Shown here one piece after another: positions 12,850-27,015 of a stretch of 64,000 bases of DNA (the first letter of the stretch is position 1; each line of letters opens with the position of its first letter). Source of the stretch: Octopus vulgaris (lineage: Eukaryota); contig OX597818.1 in the NCBI GenBank assembly GCA_951406725.2, positions 59,334,001-59,398,000 on the forward strand, given 5' to 3'. The position numbers were made by a program, and so were the translations under genes. A model generated the notes under the pieces. It did not search any database. It was not told the DNA's origin and saw nothing but the letters and a program-made list of their open reading frames with translations.

Positions 12850-13645
12850 TTCTATTCTAGGCACAAGGCCTGAATGCTTTAGGGAGGGGGACAGTTGATT
12901 AGATCGACCCTGGTGCGCAAATATTACTTAATTTATCGAGCCCTAAAGAAAGAAAGGCAAATTCGAACTCGGCCGAATTCGAACACAGAACGTAAAGACA
13001 GACGAAATACGACTAAGCATTTCACCCGGCGTGCTAAAGTTTCTAATTTCTTTATTGCCCACAAGAGGCTAAACATAGAGGGGGAAACAAGGGCAGACAA
13101 AAGGATTAAGTCGATTACATTGACACAAGTACGTGACTGGTACATATTTAATCGACCTCTAAAGGATGAAAGCCAAAGTCGACCTCGGCGAAATTTGTAC
13201 TCAGAACGTAATGGCAGACGAAATGCCTATTTCTTTACTACCAACAAGGGGATAAACACAGGGAGGACAAACAAGGACAAACAAACGGATTAAGTCGATT
13301 ATATCGACCCCAGTGCATAACTGGTACTTATTTAATAGACTCCAAAAGGATGAAAGGCAAAGTCGACCTCGGTGGAATTTGAACTCATAACGTAACGGCA
13401 GACGAAATACCTATTTCTTTACTTCCCACAAGGGGCTAAACACAGCGGGGACAAACAAGGACAGACAAAGGGATTAAATCGATTATATCAACCCCAGTGC
13501 GTAACTGGTAATTGATTTATCGACCCCGAAAGGATGGAAGGCAAAGTCGACCTCGGCGGAATTTGAACTCAGAACGTAACGGCGGATGAAATACGGGTAC
13601 GCATTTCACCCGGCGTGCTAACGATTCTGCCAGCTCACCGGCTTT
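12850..13645 (-). mobile_element. SINE family 3 concatemer (about 4 tandem body units, ~184 bp period)
   Basis: Units restart with TTTCTTTA at about 13047, 13229 and 13413; SINE head at ~13640. Confidence 0.85.
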
Positions 13646-14414
13646 AAATTATAAAAACATTGAACCTTCACACAACGAATGCAGCCATTAGATATATACA
13701 CGTATACATTCACGCACGAACACAGATATGATTCAGCTTTTTTAGATTCAATTCCTTTTGTTCTTCTTTACATCGCTATGTGCCTTGCGTTCAAATCCGC
13801 CCAACGTCAACTATTTCACCCTCTCGGGGACCAAAAGTATTTTTCTACTACGAGAAACTCTCTCTATTACGCGTTGGTGAGGACTGGTCCCTGCCATATT
13901 TAAAATGCCGTACACACGTCATATGTGATGAGGAGTTGGTACTTTTAAAAGATTGGTTGGTTATTTGTAAAATCGTCCACAACCAGTCTTCCCTTGCTAT
14001 TCGAGGTACTTTACCTGATGGTACTTTTGAAACTGGTGTCTTCTTCTTTTTCTTCTTCTTCTTATACTTCTTCTTCTTTTTTTCTTCTCCTTCTTCTTCT
14101 TCTCCTTCTTCTTCTTCTTCTTCAAATCAGGACTCATGCCATTAGCCACAAAGAATAAATCTCTAATCCGAGCCTACTCTAAGCTACTAAGAATGCGTGT
14201 GGCAACTTGAAGATCCACCCACCACACGCGATTGACTGGCGGTTGCACGGGCGCGAAAGCTACGTTGTTATCCTCATACCGTAAACGGTGGCTTTTAACG
14301 GGTGGAGAGCCGAACCATCCTGGGGTACAGAGGATTCTCAATCTAGACTAGAGGTTGAAAGTTTACCACACCATAATGGGTTACACCATGGTTCCTCTGC
14401 TTTGTGGTGAAGTT

Positions 14415-14600
14415 GGAAGAAAGAGTGAGAGAAAGTTGTGGTGAAAGAGTACAGCGGGGTTCACCATCACACCCGCCTGAGTCTCGTGGAGCTTAGGGGT
14501 TTTTGCTCAATAAACACTCACAATGCCCGGACTGGGAATCGAAATCGCGTTCTTACGACCGCGAGTCCGCTACCTTAACCACTGTGCCATTGCGCCTCCA
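14415..14600 (-). mobile_element. SINE family 1, 5' half, diverged
   Basis: Reverse complement of the tRNA-like head and first part of the body. Confidence 0.85.
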
Positions 14601-15387
14601 CGGAAGCTGCTACTTGTTCCTCTTACTGTTGCACCGGATGTTCTCCGCTGACTTGCGTCCCTGTGTTCTGGCCTAGTGTTTTTCTGTTACTTTAGCATAT
14701 ATACTTATATGCATAAAATATACGAGCTTCCATACATTAGCATCATAGCTTAATGCCGAGCGGATTGAATTCTCGTTGACAGGCCTCTGATAATACACAA
14801 AGTAAAATAGAGTATTGAATACTTATAGCATGCAAATTGGTGGCTCCAGCCATCTGCAGCAATTTGATTTGATATGCATGTATACGGTTTGGTTTCTTGT
14901 ATCTCTAAGATTGGTCAAATGATGGAGACAACTTGGCTGAGACCCCCATTAATGGTCGACAATGAATTAAGGCTGTAAAACATTTTTTTCAATTTACAGA
15001 GAAAAAGATAAATTCGCCATTTAATTATGTCTACGGCGTACATTTACATATATTAACATTTTATATTGTGTTTATGTAGTCCAACAAATTTTCTACACAA
15101 ACTTATATACACACACGTACATACACACATATCTGAAAACATCCATAAACACATACGAACATACCCAAACGAAAGCATTGTCAATCTGCACATACGCATA
15201 TATACGGAAATATACAGATAGCCAGACAGATATACCTATAAACATACGAAATCATTAAAACTCTCAGCTTTATTTTCCTTGGTATAATGGAAAGGCTCGG
15301 CTGCTCTCAGTAGAGTAAGTTCAACCTCATTTATTGATCGTGTTTGAAGAACTCTGTGAATGATTATTATTATTATTATTATTATTG

Positions 15388-16083
15388 TCATTTACTTTTA
15401 ATCTGCATGTTTGATGCAATCACCTGCCGGGGCACACCCAGCGCCCTAGGGCAAGTGAAGGTTAAGAGTTGTTGAAATATAGCTGAAAGCTTGGGGAGGG
15501 GAAGTAGAGATATATCTCCATGTAATGCAAACACAGACATTTACATTGATAGGGTTTTTCTAAGGATGTGGGCAGTACTTGTTAGCACAATCTTTTGGAT
15601 TTCCTTGAGACATGGTTTTCCAGGGATATTGTCTAGGTGTTTCCGACATCCCTTTTTTATCATACCTAGGGCACCTACAATTACAGGAACAGTTTTTGTT
15701 TTAAGATTACACATCCTCTGTATTTCGATTTCCAGGTCCTTATATTTACTAAGTTTGTCAAATTCCTTGACAGATACATTTTTATCAGTGGGGACGCTTA
15801 CTTCTATTAGTCTGCAGGTATTTTCTTCCCTGTCTTTAACAATTATGTCTGGTCGATTAGCCTTGATCGTTCTGTCAGTGTTGACTGGAAAATCCCAGAG
15901 GATGGTGACATCTTTACCTTCAACAACTGGCTGAGGATGGTGTTCATACCAGTTAGCAGGAGTGTCGGATTTGTAGTGTTTACATATCTTCCAATGTATA
16001 TACTGTCCTACCCTATCGTGGCGATTTTTGTATTCGTTTGGTGTCAGCACAGGACATCCCGAAACGAGATGGTCTATCGTTTC

Positions 16084-16085
<2 letters not shown>
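15388..16085 (-). mobile_element. 5'-truncated R4/Dong-clade non-LTR retrotransposon (restriction-like endonuclease end)
   Basis: ETIDHLVSGC (end of CCHC), RHD motif, ILWDF..TDRTIKANRPDIIVKD, KLSKYKDL, PVIVGALG; open frame to stop at 15541; (ATT)n on both sides. Confidence 0.92.
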
Positions 16086-16137
<52 letters not shown>

Positions 16138-16139
16138 GT

Positions 16140-16432
16140 AGCAAGTTTGTTGAAATGTGGTTGAATCGTGGAAGAATGGCCAGTGTGAAAGGATCAATTC
16201 TGAGCGTGTTCCCATAAAAAAAAAAACAGAAATGCTCTTGCCTAGTTGTTCAGGCACCTGTGGCTTTTGTGCGTTTTTCCACGAAGACCTTAAAGCGCCT
16301 CCCCTATTGGAAGTTTATTTATATTGTGTACACATCCTGTTTTTGTCTTTTATGTCTTTTTTTTTGGTCTTTTATGTTGTATGTCGTTCAATATTTCGTA
16401 TGTCAGCCCTTGTGGCTAATAAAAGAATTTAT
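16140..16432 (+). mobile_element. 3' end of a Tx1-like LINE in (ATT)n
   Basis: SKFVEMWLNRGRMASVKGSILSVFP* resembles the C-terminus ECFKKRWVNVARMARMNDEATLSMIL of the 57120 ORF; ends CAGCCCTTGTGGCTAATAAAAGAA. Confidence 0.65.
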
Positions 16433-16439
16433 TATTATT

Positions 16440-17447
16440 TTTGTTCTTTCTTCAAATTTTCTTCCGTTTCTCGCCGACTGTTTTCCGTACACCTAGGGCA
16501 GAGAAGCTCATTGTATGCATTCCCAGATTACACACGCAAATTCACAGGTAAAATGTGTATATAAAAGAATTAATAAATAAATAAATCCACGAATGGATGT
16601 TATTTTCACAGCGATAGTGCTCTTCTCAGTACATGAGCAGTTCCAGTTAATACGATTTTTTGCCCTTCCTGTAGTGATGGTAAGCCTGGTATCATTTTCA
16701 GATAGGTTTCAGTACTTTTTTTTATTTACCATTCCTTGAGATCCTGCAATCACTGGTACCGTAGTCGCCTTGAGATGCCACATTTTTTTCAATTTCTATT
16801 AGCAAGTCTATATATTTACTGATCTTGTCAAATTCTTTCGCCGCTCTATTGTGATCATAAGGAATACTCATGTCAATTAATAAACACATCTTTTTTGTCT
16901 GATCTTTTATAATAATATCTGGTTTATTAGCTTTTATAGTTTTGTCGGTATGTACGGAGAAGTCCCATAGAATCGACACATTTTCTCACTCAGTCACAGC
17001 TTAAAGATGGTGTTTATACCATTTGTCAGCGGTTTTGATTTTATAATACCGACATATTGTCCAGTGTAAATAATGGCCGACTCTGTCATGTCTTGCTTTA
17101 TATTCTGCAGGTGCTAAGACTCTACACCCTGAGATTAGGTGGTCTATAGTTTCACTCTCATCGTTACAGAATCGGCATTTTGGGTCAGCTCCATTTTTTA
17201 TCACATTGGCTTGGTACTTCCGGGTTAATAAGCTTTGGTCTTGAGCAGCTAATATGAAACTTTCACTCTCTGATTTTAGCCCTGAGCTCCGTAACCATTA
17301 TGGCGTGTGTTTCTGGTCGACATCAACTGATTTTCTACGAGCCACATACTTGCCATGCAGAGGTTTCTGTTCCCATCTGCTAGCCACTTTTTCATGCGCT
17401 AATGTCTTTGCAATTATTTTTATTTTCCTTGCAGTAGCAGTTGGCGC
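16440..17447 (-). mobile_element. Second R4/Dong-clade fragment (different subfamily, frameshifted)
   Basis: DPKCRFCNDESETIDHLISGC, YKARHDRVG, ILWDFSVHTDKTIKANKPDIIIKD; (ATT)n flanks. Confidence 0.9.
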
Positions 17448-17490
<43 letters not shown>

Positions 17491-17989
17491 GAGTGAGAGA
17501 GCAGTTCATGCGATCAAAGTGACACTGGGGTAAAATATACGAAGCCCAATATACCCATCATGATTACCCGTCTGATAAGGGTACACCAGGTACATGCATC
17601 ACAACCATATGTGCACGACATGGTGATCTCATATCAAGATAAACAGCACTATTATTATTAATACTATTATTGTTATTATTATTATTATTTCTGTTGCCTC
17701 ACATGTCCTCAAACACTTTCCGATGCCTGTGTATGTTTACAGTCAAATTTTAAATAACCGCCTTCTTTCTTTCGATAATAAATGTTTTCGCCATTTTCCA
17801 TTTCACATTTTTTTTTCATTCGTTCTCTAACATACAATGCAGGAACATCTTGCAGCAGAACTTTTTTAATATTCCAAAACCATATAAATGAAATCATGGA
17901 ACATCTACTGCAAGCTTGCACACATACACACACACATGATGCATATATTCATACACATACATAGACACCATTCATGTACACACGCACAC

Positions 17990-18487
<498 letters not shown>

Positions 18488-19003
18488 ATGTATTTTCTGA
18501 TGACAGTAACAATATGAAAGGTTAATAGGAAATGCATAACGTCAGTGTCTCTGATGTTTCTTCGCAGAAGTTATGAAGAAAGAGAAAAGTTGAAACCCCC
18601 CTTCTCTTTCTAGCTTCTAAGTGCACATGACGCTAAGTGTCCTTCTCGACAGGAAGATGACGTGGAACGAATAGGTAGGTTTGGTGCAAAGAAGAAACTT
18701 ACAACTCCGAACAAAATATATCTAATATTATAGAAACACATACACACCTACGCACACACACACACACACACACAGACTAATGCATATATACATACACGTG
18801 TATACCTCCGCACCCGCAAATAAACTTTCTTACATGTAAAGTTTGAACGCAGTTTTTGGAAGATTTAGTCTAGAATTATGCAAACTATGTTCCATCCATG
18901 GGTTCCAAATACATTTTCATTCATCTTAGAAGCAATGCGTTCAAATAAGCTACAAATACGGGTATATCTCAAAAGAGAAGGGAGTTAGATCTTGGAAAAT
19001 TCT

Positions 19004-19169
19004 AGGCGCAGGAGTGGCTGTGTGGTAATTAACTTGCTAATCAACCACATGGTTCCGTGTTCACTCCCACTGCGTGGCATCTTGGGCAAGTGTATTCTGC
19101 TGTAGCACCGGGCCGACCAGTGCCTTGTGAGTGGATTTGGTAGACGGAAACTGAAAGAAGCCCGTCGTA

Positions 19170-19223
<54 letters not shown>

Positions 19224-19440
19224 GGGGGGTGTGTGTCTCGTTTGTCCCCCTAGCATTGCTTGACAACCGATGCTGGTGTGTTTATGTCCCTCGTTACTTA
19301 GCGGTTCGGCAAAAGAGACCGATAGAATAAGTACTGAGCTTACAAAAAGAATAAGTCCCGGGGTCGAGTTGCTCGATTAAAGGCGGTGCTCCAGCATGGC
19401 CGCAGTCCAAATGACTGAAACAAGTAAAAGAGTAAAAGAG
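19004..19440 (+). mobile_element. SINE family 2, full length
   Basis: Head AGGCGCAGGAGTGGCTGTGTGGTAA, B-box-like GTTCACTCCC, CORE-like CTTGGGCAAGT, internal TA tract, GTAAAAGA tail. Confidence 0.9.
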
Positions 19441-19499
19441 GTAATGTTGTTTTGGACCCAATAGGCATTCTGATAGTCTCGTGGAAGTCTCCCTCTGTA

Positions 19500-21360
19500 C
19501 ATGTTTATAAATATATATCAGCCCCGCCGATGCCCATATATCTCCCCAAGACGTTTGTCGCACCTCCCCACCACTAATCCTCTATAAGACATTTTAGTGG
19601 AATTGAAGTCAAACAAGTTTGATGCTGGACGGCAGAGCTGTTGGAGAGCATGGCGACACTCGCGGCACCATTCGCCCAGCCTTGGTCTCTACTTTAACTA
19701 TGATTGCATTTGGTCAATAGGGCGAGCTGCGGGAAGGCGCATCTCCCAAACGGCGACCGCACCTGTCCACTGTCGTCTATGAAACGTTGGAGATGTCGCA
19801 GTCTCAGCACATGATAGTGCATCATCAACCATAACATACCCAGCCCTCCAATTAGCGGTTGTTAGTGCCAAATGGATCGCATGACCATTGGAACGCTTCC
19901 CTTCCACAAAAGCGGAAGAGTATGCGTTCCAGTTTCGTGATGGTAGGGTCGGGACAGAACATGATTGTCAGACGGCAGTTGATGACGAATGTGATGTACG
20001 CATTCGCCACCTCAGCCCGACCTATTAGAAATAGTTTCCTCTCGGCCAATTTCTGGGTGAGAGTAGCCAACCTACTCGTTATCTCGCCCCACTTATTCCC
20101 CATTTGGAGGTCTGGACCTAACTAGACTCCGAGTAATTTAACCGGTTTGTTGGCCCAGTTTCCCGCGATGGAGATGATGTTGACGGCATGGGTTGCTTCC
20201 GTCTTTTCCGGGTTAATTTTCGCTCCTTTTACCGCTCCTGTTATTTTAATATCCCGGTGACCAGGGCAATAAGCCTGTGGCTTGACACTATGAAGATGAC
20301 ATCGTCCGCGTATGCAGACACATTCCTTTCGTATCCCAGTTCTCGCGAGATGCCCCTTAGCGTCGCGAGATTCTCCAGTAATGTTGCTAGAGACAATAGA
20401 TACAGAAGTGACAAGTGGGGGTATCCTTGAGGGACCGAATGCGTGGGGCTAAATGGTCTAGATAGATAACCATTTACGCGAACTACCGAGCTGATGCCGC
20501 TCTACAAGGTGCAGCGATCCGACGGCGGAAGATTTGACTGAAATCAGCTCTCCTAAGGACAGCTTCCAAGTAGTGATGATCGACCCTAACGAAAGCTTTT
20601 GGTTGATCAGCGCCTCACCTAAGTCAAGTTCATTAACTATCCTGTCTATGATGTAGCGCATGCAAAGGAGCTTGTCATAGATTCTTCTGCCTGGTCACAC
20701 TGCACATTAGCGCCTTATCGACTAGTTTCTCGATGACATGCGCCAAGCGCTCTCCGGCCAGCAAACTTGCCCAAAATTTTCAAATTATCTACAACGTTTC
20801 CCTTGTCTTGTTTCTTGTGTCCTTCTTTTACAGGGTCATCGCTCCTCGGCTCACAAACTCCCGTTTTTGCTTCCAGTTGCAGTAGACCGTTGCCAAGACG
20901 TCTCCAAACAAGTCTGGCATATGAAATTAAAGCTCGTAGGGCAGACTATCCAAGCCCAACGACTTGTATTTCGCGCAGCCTGCCATCGCATTCCGTACAT
21001 CAGCGGCTGTAATGAGACATTCGAAACACTCCGCCTCTCTTGCCGAATGCCGTGGCAAGCCATGCAGGTAGGCATTAAAATCCACTCTGCGTTTTGACCC
21101 ATCATTCGTCCCGAAGATTCGGGCAAGGTGTTACCGCAAGGCCTCACACATCATTTCGGGCTCGAGTTATTTGTGACCCTGTTCAAAAACCGAATGGTGG
21201 CTTTGTTGATAAGTTGCGCCTCCGCCACCCGTGCATTTCAGACAGCTGCAATTTAATCGTTTGTCAGGGCACAGATTCTAGCTATTACAACGCAACCTTC
21301 GTTCAAGGAATAACCAGGATGCTTTACCCCCTTCAAAATAACATAGCATTTGGCCAAATG
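19500..21360 (-). mobile_element. Decayed Tx1/L1-clade LINE ORF2 (RT region)
   Basis: Minus-strand QGYPHLSLLYLLSL and VSAYADDVIFIVSS RT motifs (~20290-20430); WGEITSRLATLTQKLAERKLFLIGRAEVANAYI downstream. Confidence 0.85.
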
Positions 21361-21522
21361 TGAACGTTAGAATAAGTACCATACTTTAAAAAACAAGTAG
21401 TGTGGTTGATATTCTTGACTAAATCTTTGAAGATGCTGCCCCAACATGGCCGCTATTTAATAACTGAATATAGATTAGAAATTTAATATTGTAAATCAAA
21501 CGAAATTGCTAAATTATTGTAT

Positions 21523-21960
21523 TACTCTTTACTCTTTTACTTGTTTCAGTCATTTGACTGTGGCCATGCTGGAGCACCACTTTAGTCGAGCAAATCGACC
21601 CGGGACTATTCTTTGTAAGCCCAGTACTTATTCTATCGGTCTCTTTTGCCGAACCGCTAAGTGACGGGGACGTGTAAACACACCAGCATCGGTTGTCAAG
21701 CAATGCTGGGGGGACAAACACAGACACACAAACATATATACACACACACTTATATATATATACATATAACGACAGGCTTCTAATCATTGTCACCAAATAT
21801 ATACGACAGCTTTCAGTTTCACCAAATCCACTCACAAGGCATTGGTCGGCCCGGGGCTATAGTAGAAGACACTTGCCCAAGAGATGCCACGCAGTGGGAC
21901 TTAACCTGGAACCATGTGGTTGGTTAGCAAGCTACTTACCACACAGCCACTCCTGCGCCT
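21523..21960 (-). mobile_element. SINE family 2, full length
   Basis: Reverse complement of 19004-19440. Confidence 0.9.
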
Positions 21961-23207
21961 ATATATTTTCGATTTGATTTATTATTATTATTACTAGTAT
22001 TGTTGTTATACATACATACATACAAGCATATGTAATGATAATAATAAGTGGATGTAAACACATGAACAAAATACTGCATACCCTTTTGTGATACATGACG
22101 TTTAAATGTAACATTGATTGATTGAAGTGAAAGTAAATATATTCCAATGTATAGCACCCAAAATTTTCGTTTGTATTTCAACACCTGAAGCCGTTTCAAT
22201 AACCCAGTCGATGCTTTGCAAATTACATAATATTAATCACGTAATTATTTATTGTGGTAACTAAATAAATTTAATTTAGCTGAATGTGTTATGAACATCA
22301 TTTCATTACGAAGGTTTTTGAAATAAGAAAATCTAATTACCGTTGCGGATACAGATATGATATAAAATTACTATTGAGATGAACATGAGGTGTAAAGTGA
22401 AAGTTAATCGAATCTAAAAATAATAAGATGTCTTGATATCATCCCAACCATTTATAGCAATCGGATAAGGCAGAAAAGTAATATCATTAAACCGATACAA
22501 TTGAGAAAGAGATAGTTATTTCTCACGGAAACGAGTGTACATAAATAATCCAATAAACGCTATTCACTTGGTTTTAAATTGAAATAGCCATGAATGTACC
22601 AAACTTAATGTATAAATACATAGAGCAGTGATGGGATTTTAACGGGGTGTTTTCTGAGAAGGCATCTATGAACGTAAAAATACGACTTTGGTAACGATAT
22701 GAAAACTTCCACCAGCAAGAACACCAAGTGTATTTTGACCGCTTTTGGCCTCTTCAATGACGTCTCCTTGCCTCGTATTTTAGTAAACGATGAATAAAAC
22801 GTTCACTGGTGTGGCAGGTAGCTACAAAATCTAAACGTGCCATGGTTATATACTTATCATCATAATGCATAGGCTCGAATATAATATGTTGGTACATCGC
22901 AAATATAAATACAATCATCAAAGTATACTCAAACAAAACCAAAATTCATCAATGAATAAAGTATATCCCCGAACATTTTTATTTTGTTCGGTGACATTTA
23001 ATATATCAGTGAGGTAACACACTGCAACCTTTACATTGTTAATGATTTCACAAATATATGGTACAATGATTTCAATATAACAAAATGTGTAACTAGTCGA
23101 TATTACAAAAACACTGGCGTTGCAAAAGAACAAATGAACAAAATCCTGATTTCAAAGGAAATAGAAGTGGAGATATTTATAACTTTGCGCATTTCAATTT
23201 AAGCAAT

Positions 23208-23747
23208 CATCATCATCATCATTGTTCGACCGTGGTCAAGACAATGGAATTTACCATGCTACGCCAGACTTCACGGTCCATCATAGCATTACGGAGGTCC
23301 TGTTGCTGGATGCCTGTATCCCTGGAGATTACATCAGGGTAGGAGAGTGTGCGCCCTCTGGTATGGCGAGTAGATGGCTTCCAGGGAAGAAGAGGAGAAA
23401 TTGCCTCGTTTTCAGCTCTACAACAATGTCCAGCAAACCTGGACTCTCCTACATTTCACAAGAGATAACACAGGTGGTAGTTTCCCATATATTTGCATTT
23501 TGGTTGGATGATGCTTCCACGAGAGACTTTGAGCTCTCGTAAGGAGGCGAGTGTAGGTTCCATCTAACTTTGCCTCTCAATCTTATTTGATAAAGTCCAG
23601 GTTTCTGAGCCATATAGTAGAATTGGTTCGATTGTGCCTTTGAAGATTTCAAGTCTGAAGTTTCTACTTAGATTTGATGACAGATCTTATGCATATCATT
23701 ACAGGTTGACCAGGCCATACCCTTTCTAGTAAGAAAATCTTTTCCAG
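23208..23747 (-). mobile_element. RTE-type LINE 3' fragment
   Basis: GRTLSYPDVISRDTGIQQQDLRNAMMDREVWRSMV terminus, (GAT)n tail; TSD-like ATTTAA(G/C)CAAT at 23197-23207 and 23748-23758. Confidence 0.8.
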
Positions 23748-23767
23748 ATTTAACCAATAAAGTGATG

Positions 23768-23804
<37 letters not shown>

Positions 23805-23909
23805 CATGTATATATATAATTATAATATTAGGGAGTAAATCCAAACTTTCAGGGAAAAATTAGATTTAGGATTAAATCAAATTCTAAAGTTAGATTAATC
23901 TCTAATTTA

Positions 23910-24008
<99 letters not shown>

Positions 24009-24263
24009 TATATGTGAAAAGGTTGAGTTCTAATTCATCCTTTACTTTGGAGGGTTGAAACGGGTGATTTCTAACAAATGTTCATCATATTTCGCTGGTA
24101 GCTTACTGGCGTAAGATCTTTGCAAATATGAAATTATTATTATATATAAGTTGGGTGTGATGAGAATTTATAGAAAGGTATCCCACAGAAACTCAACAAA
24201 ATGTTAAAGATAGTGAAGAAAGAAGTTAAAAGTGTTAATATATAGTTAATAATCAGCAATATT

Positions 24264-24311
<48 letters not shown>

Positions 24312-24334
24312 TAATAATAATAATAATAATAATA

Positions 24335-24372
<38 letters not shown>

Positions 24373-24552
24373 TAAAGGAAAAAATAATAATAGCATAATG
24401 ATAATAATATAAATTAATTAGATGCACAACACAAAATGAAAAATAAAAAAAACATATCTATAAGTACATACATTTTGCAGAGGTGTAGATCACCAAGAAT
24501 TATTATATATGCGTAAGCATATAGCAGTTGTAAGATATCTTACAACTGTATT

Positions 24553-24586
<34 letters not shown>

Positions 24587-24609
24587 TGTATGTATGTATG
24601 TATGTATGC

Positions 24610-24661
<52 letters not shown>

Positions 24662-24665
<4 letters not shown>

Positions 24666-25298
24666 TCCTTTTCTGTAGTTTTTTCTTTCGTATATGTATT
24701 TAAATGCACCCCTCTCTTACCTATTCCAATTATTATTATTTATTCTTAATTGCCAATTATTAATCTGTTTGACAATTAATTAATTCCTACAAATGATATA
24801 TGCACACACTTATAATACTTCTTGGTGTCCAATTTGTCTATATATATTTTTTCCTTCATTTATTCCATTATTTTTTTTCTTTCTTCTTAGTAATTTATTC
24901 CATTTGTAAAATATGTACTTTAAAACTAATTCCAATGTTATTATTGTTTAAGATTAATTGCTAACCTACCTGAAGATTGACTATAACCATAATTCGAATT
25001 ATTAATTGAATTTAAATTATTGTAGTTCAAATTAGGTTATGGGCATGAAACGTGCGTAGTGGTTTTACTTTTTATCTTATATTAAACTTTATAATACTTT
25101 TTGATAGTTATATATATTTAATAAATAAAAAGATATAAAAAATAACTATTAAAAAAATTTATAAATATAAATTAATAATAAATAATAAATTTTATATTTT
25201 ATATATTTTGTATATTATATTGATTATTTTTATTTTTATGTTTTGGTTTATCTTTTTCACTGTTTGATTTACCTAATAGTGGTTTTATCTCTAATTTA

Positions 25299-25305
<7 letters not shown>
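24662..25305 (+). mobile_element. (TA)n-flanked Penelope-like fragment with hammerhead motif at 24963-25064
   Basis: aacctac-CTGAAGA-long stem II (TATAACC/GGTTATG)-GAAAC-GTGC-GTA-gtggtt; terminal CCTAATAGTGGTTTTATCTCTAATTTAAT shared with 40210-40420 and 51392-51600. Confidence 0.6.
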
Positions 25306-25344
<39 letters not shown>

Positions 25345-26403
25345 TGTTACTTTTGCCTGTGACTTACCGCATTATCTGATCTGACTTATGATTAGTGTTA
25401 GGGTTTAGGGTTAGGATTATGGTTAGAGATAATTTTAGTGCTTGTTTGCGCACTAAGTTTGAAATGGCTAGATAGGCCACATCTTAAACTGTGAATGGCC
25501 AGGTAGACCGCGCTCTAAGGTGTCACCATATATTCAATATCTGTTCAAAGCGAATTGATGCCTTAGTAATAAAACTGGATGTGCAAGTTTCACCGATAAT
25601 ACTATCCATTGCATTTAAGGAAGTAATATACTGTGTCAAGGGCTAATGTGTTATATCGATACATGGATGATATCTATGAAGCATATGGAAGCTAAAAATG
25701 ACATGAAAATAAAAGTGAAGCTGTATAGATAATTCTGGAACACTATAAATTTCTATGAATACAACCACGTTCTTTATGGGGAAATAATCATGTGTTACTC
25801 AGATAACAATAATCATGTATTCCCAATGGTCTATGCCCCTTAAATCATATATTCCTCACCATCTTGTAAAATGATATATGCGTTGTGTTTTGGTGGCGTC
25901 CCAAGTTTTATGACTTCATTGTTCATGAAAATAATTTGTAACAATTATTCCTGTACCGCTTTATGATATTAATTCACTTATAGATATTATACCGGCTATG
26001 ATATAACAACTACAATTATATATATACACTTATACACGCACTTATATGCACGCGCGAATATAGAAAGATACAGCGCGTATCAACCATACAATAAAAAAGT
26101 TGTTTTATAGCTGTGTGAAAGTGTATTGCAATGAGTCAATATTTCAGCCTTCTGCACATTGAATATAAATATATTACAAATAACTATGGAAAGAGCCAGT
26201 GAGTTTGTATTTACTTGTTAATGCATTTCAAATGACACACAAACCACTGGAGTAATACACAACAAAATATAATAATAATTGTACACGTACATACATGCAC
26301 ACACATAAAGAAAATTAACATATATTTATGTATGATGCATACATGTATTTTTCACTGTTGTGATCAGTATTTTAATACACATTAGACAATATGTAGCATT
26401 TCT

Positions 26404-26805
26404 AAGGCGGCGTGTTGGCAGAAACGTTAGCACTCCGGGCGAAATGCTTAGCGGTATTTCGTCTGCCGCTACGTTCTGAGTTCAAATTCCGCCGAGGTCG
26501 ACTTTGCCTTTCATCCTTTCGAAGACGATAAATTAAGTACCAGTTATGCACTGGGGTAGATGTAATCGACTTAATTCGTTTGTCTGTCCTTGTTTGTCCC
26601 CTCTGTGTTTAACACCTTCGGGGCAATAAATAAATAAGAAACGTTAGCTGAAATGCTTAGCGGTATCTCTATATTCTGAGTTCAAATTCCGCCGAGTTCG
26701 ACTTTACCTTTCATCCTTTCTAGGTCAATAATTTACGCACCAGTTGCGTACTGGGGTTGATCTATTCGACTACACCCTCCCTCAAAATGTTGGGCCTTGT
26801 ACCTA
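26404..26805 (+). mobile_element. SINE family 3, dimeric
   Basis: Head AGGCGGCGTGTTGGCAGAAACGTTAG then two GAGTTCAAATTCCGCCGAG bodies. Confidence 0.85.
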
Positions 26806-27015
26806 GAGTACAATAGCGTTTCTGAGCTATCGCATTTTAAAGCTTCACTAGTGGCTTGTAATGCTATGCTTTCTATCAAAGTTGAATGCGTACAATTTCA
26901 CAGACAACATACTTTAATATTGGTTCATATATTCTTGTCAATGGCGTTACGTACACAAACAGGATTCATTCAAAAATATTTTATTTTTTATTTCTATAAT
27001 CTTTAGTGATATTTA

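Larger units (their letters stand above)
22520..25900 (-). pseudogene. Decayed intronless peptide-receptor-like (FMRFamide/sex-peptide-receptor-type) GPCR split by insertions
   Basis: In order on minus: FLASICFIDII (TM2), KASI/FALNRY (TM3, ~25540), ILHHFIG/KLKCAK, LFICSFATPVF (TM4), FIHRLLKYEARRR (ICL3), LVFLLVEVFISLP (TM6), NQVNSVYWIIY/MYTRFREK (TM7-H8). Confidence 0.55.

Noticed and set aside
12850-13645. CRISPR-like regular repeats
   Set aside because: Units repeat over their whole length with no unique spacers; eukaryotic SINE concatemer.
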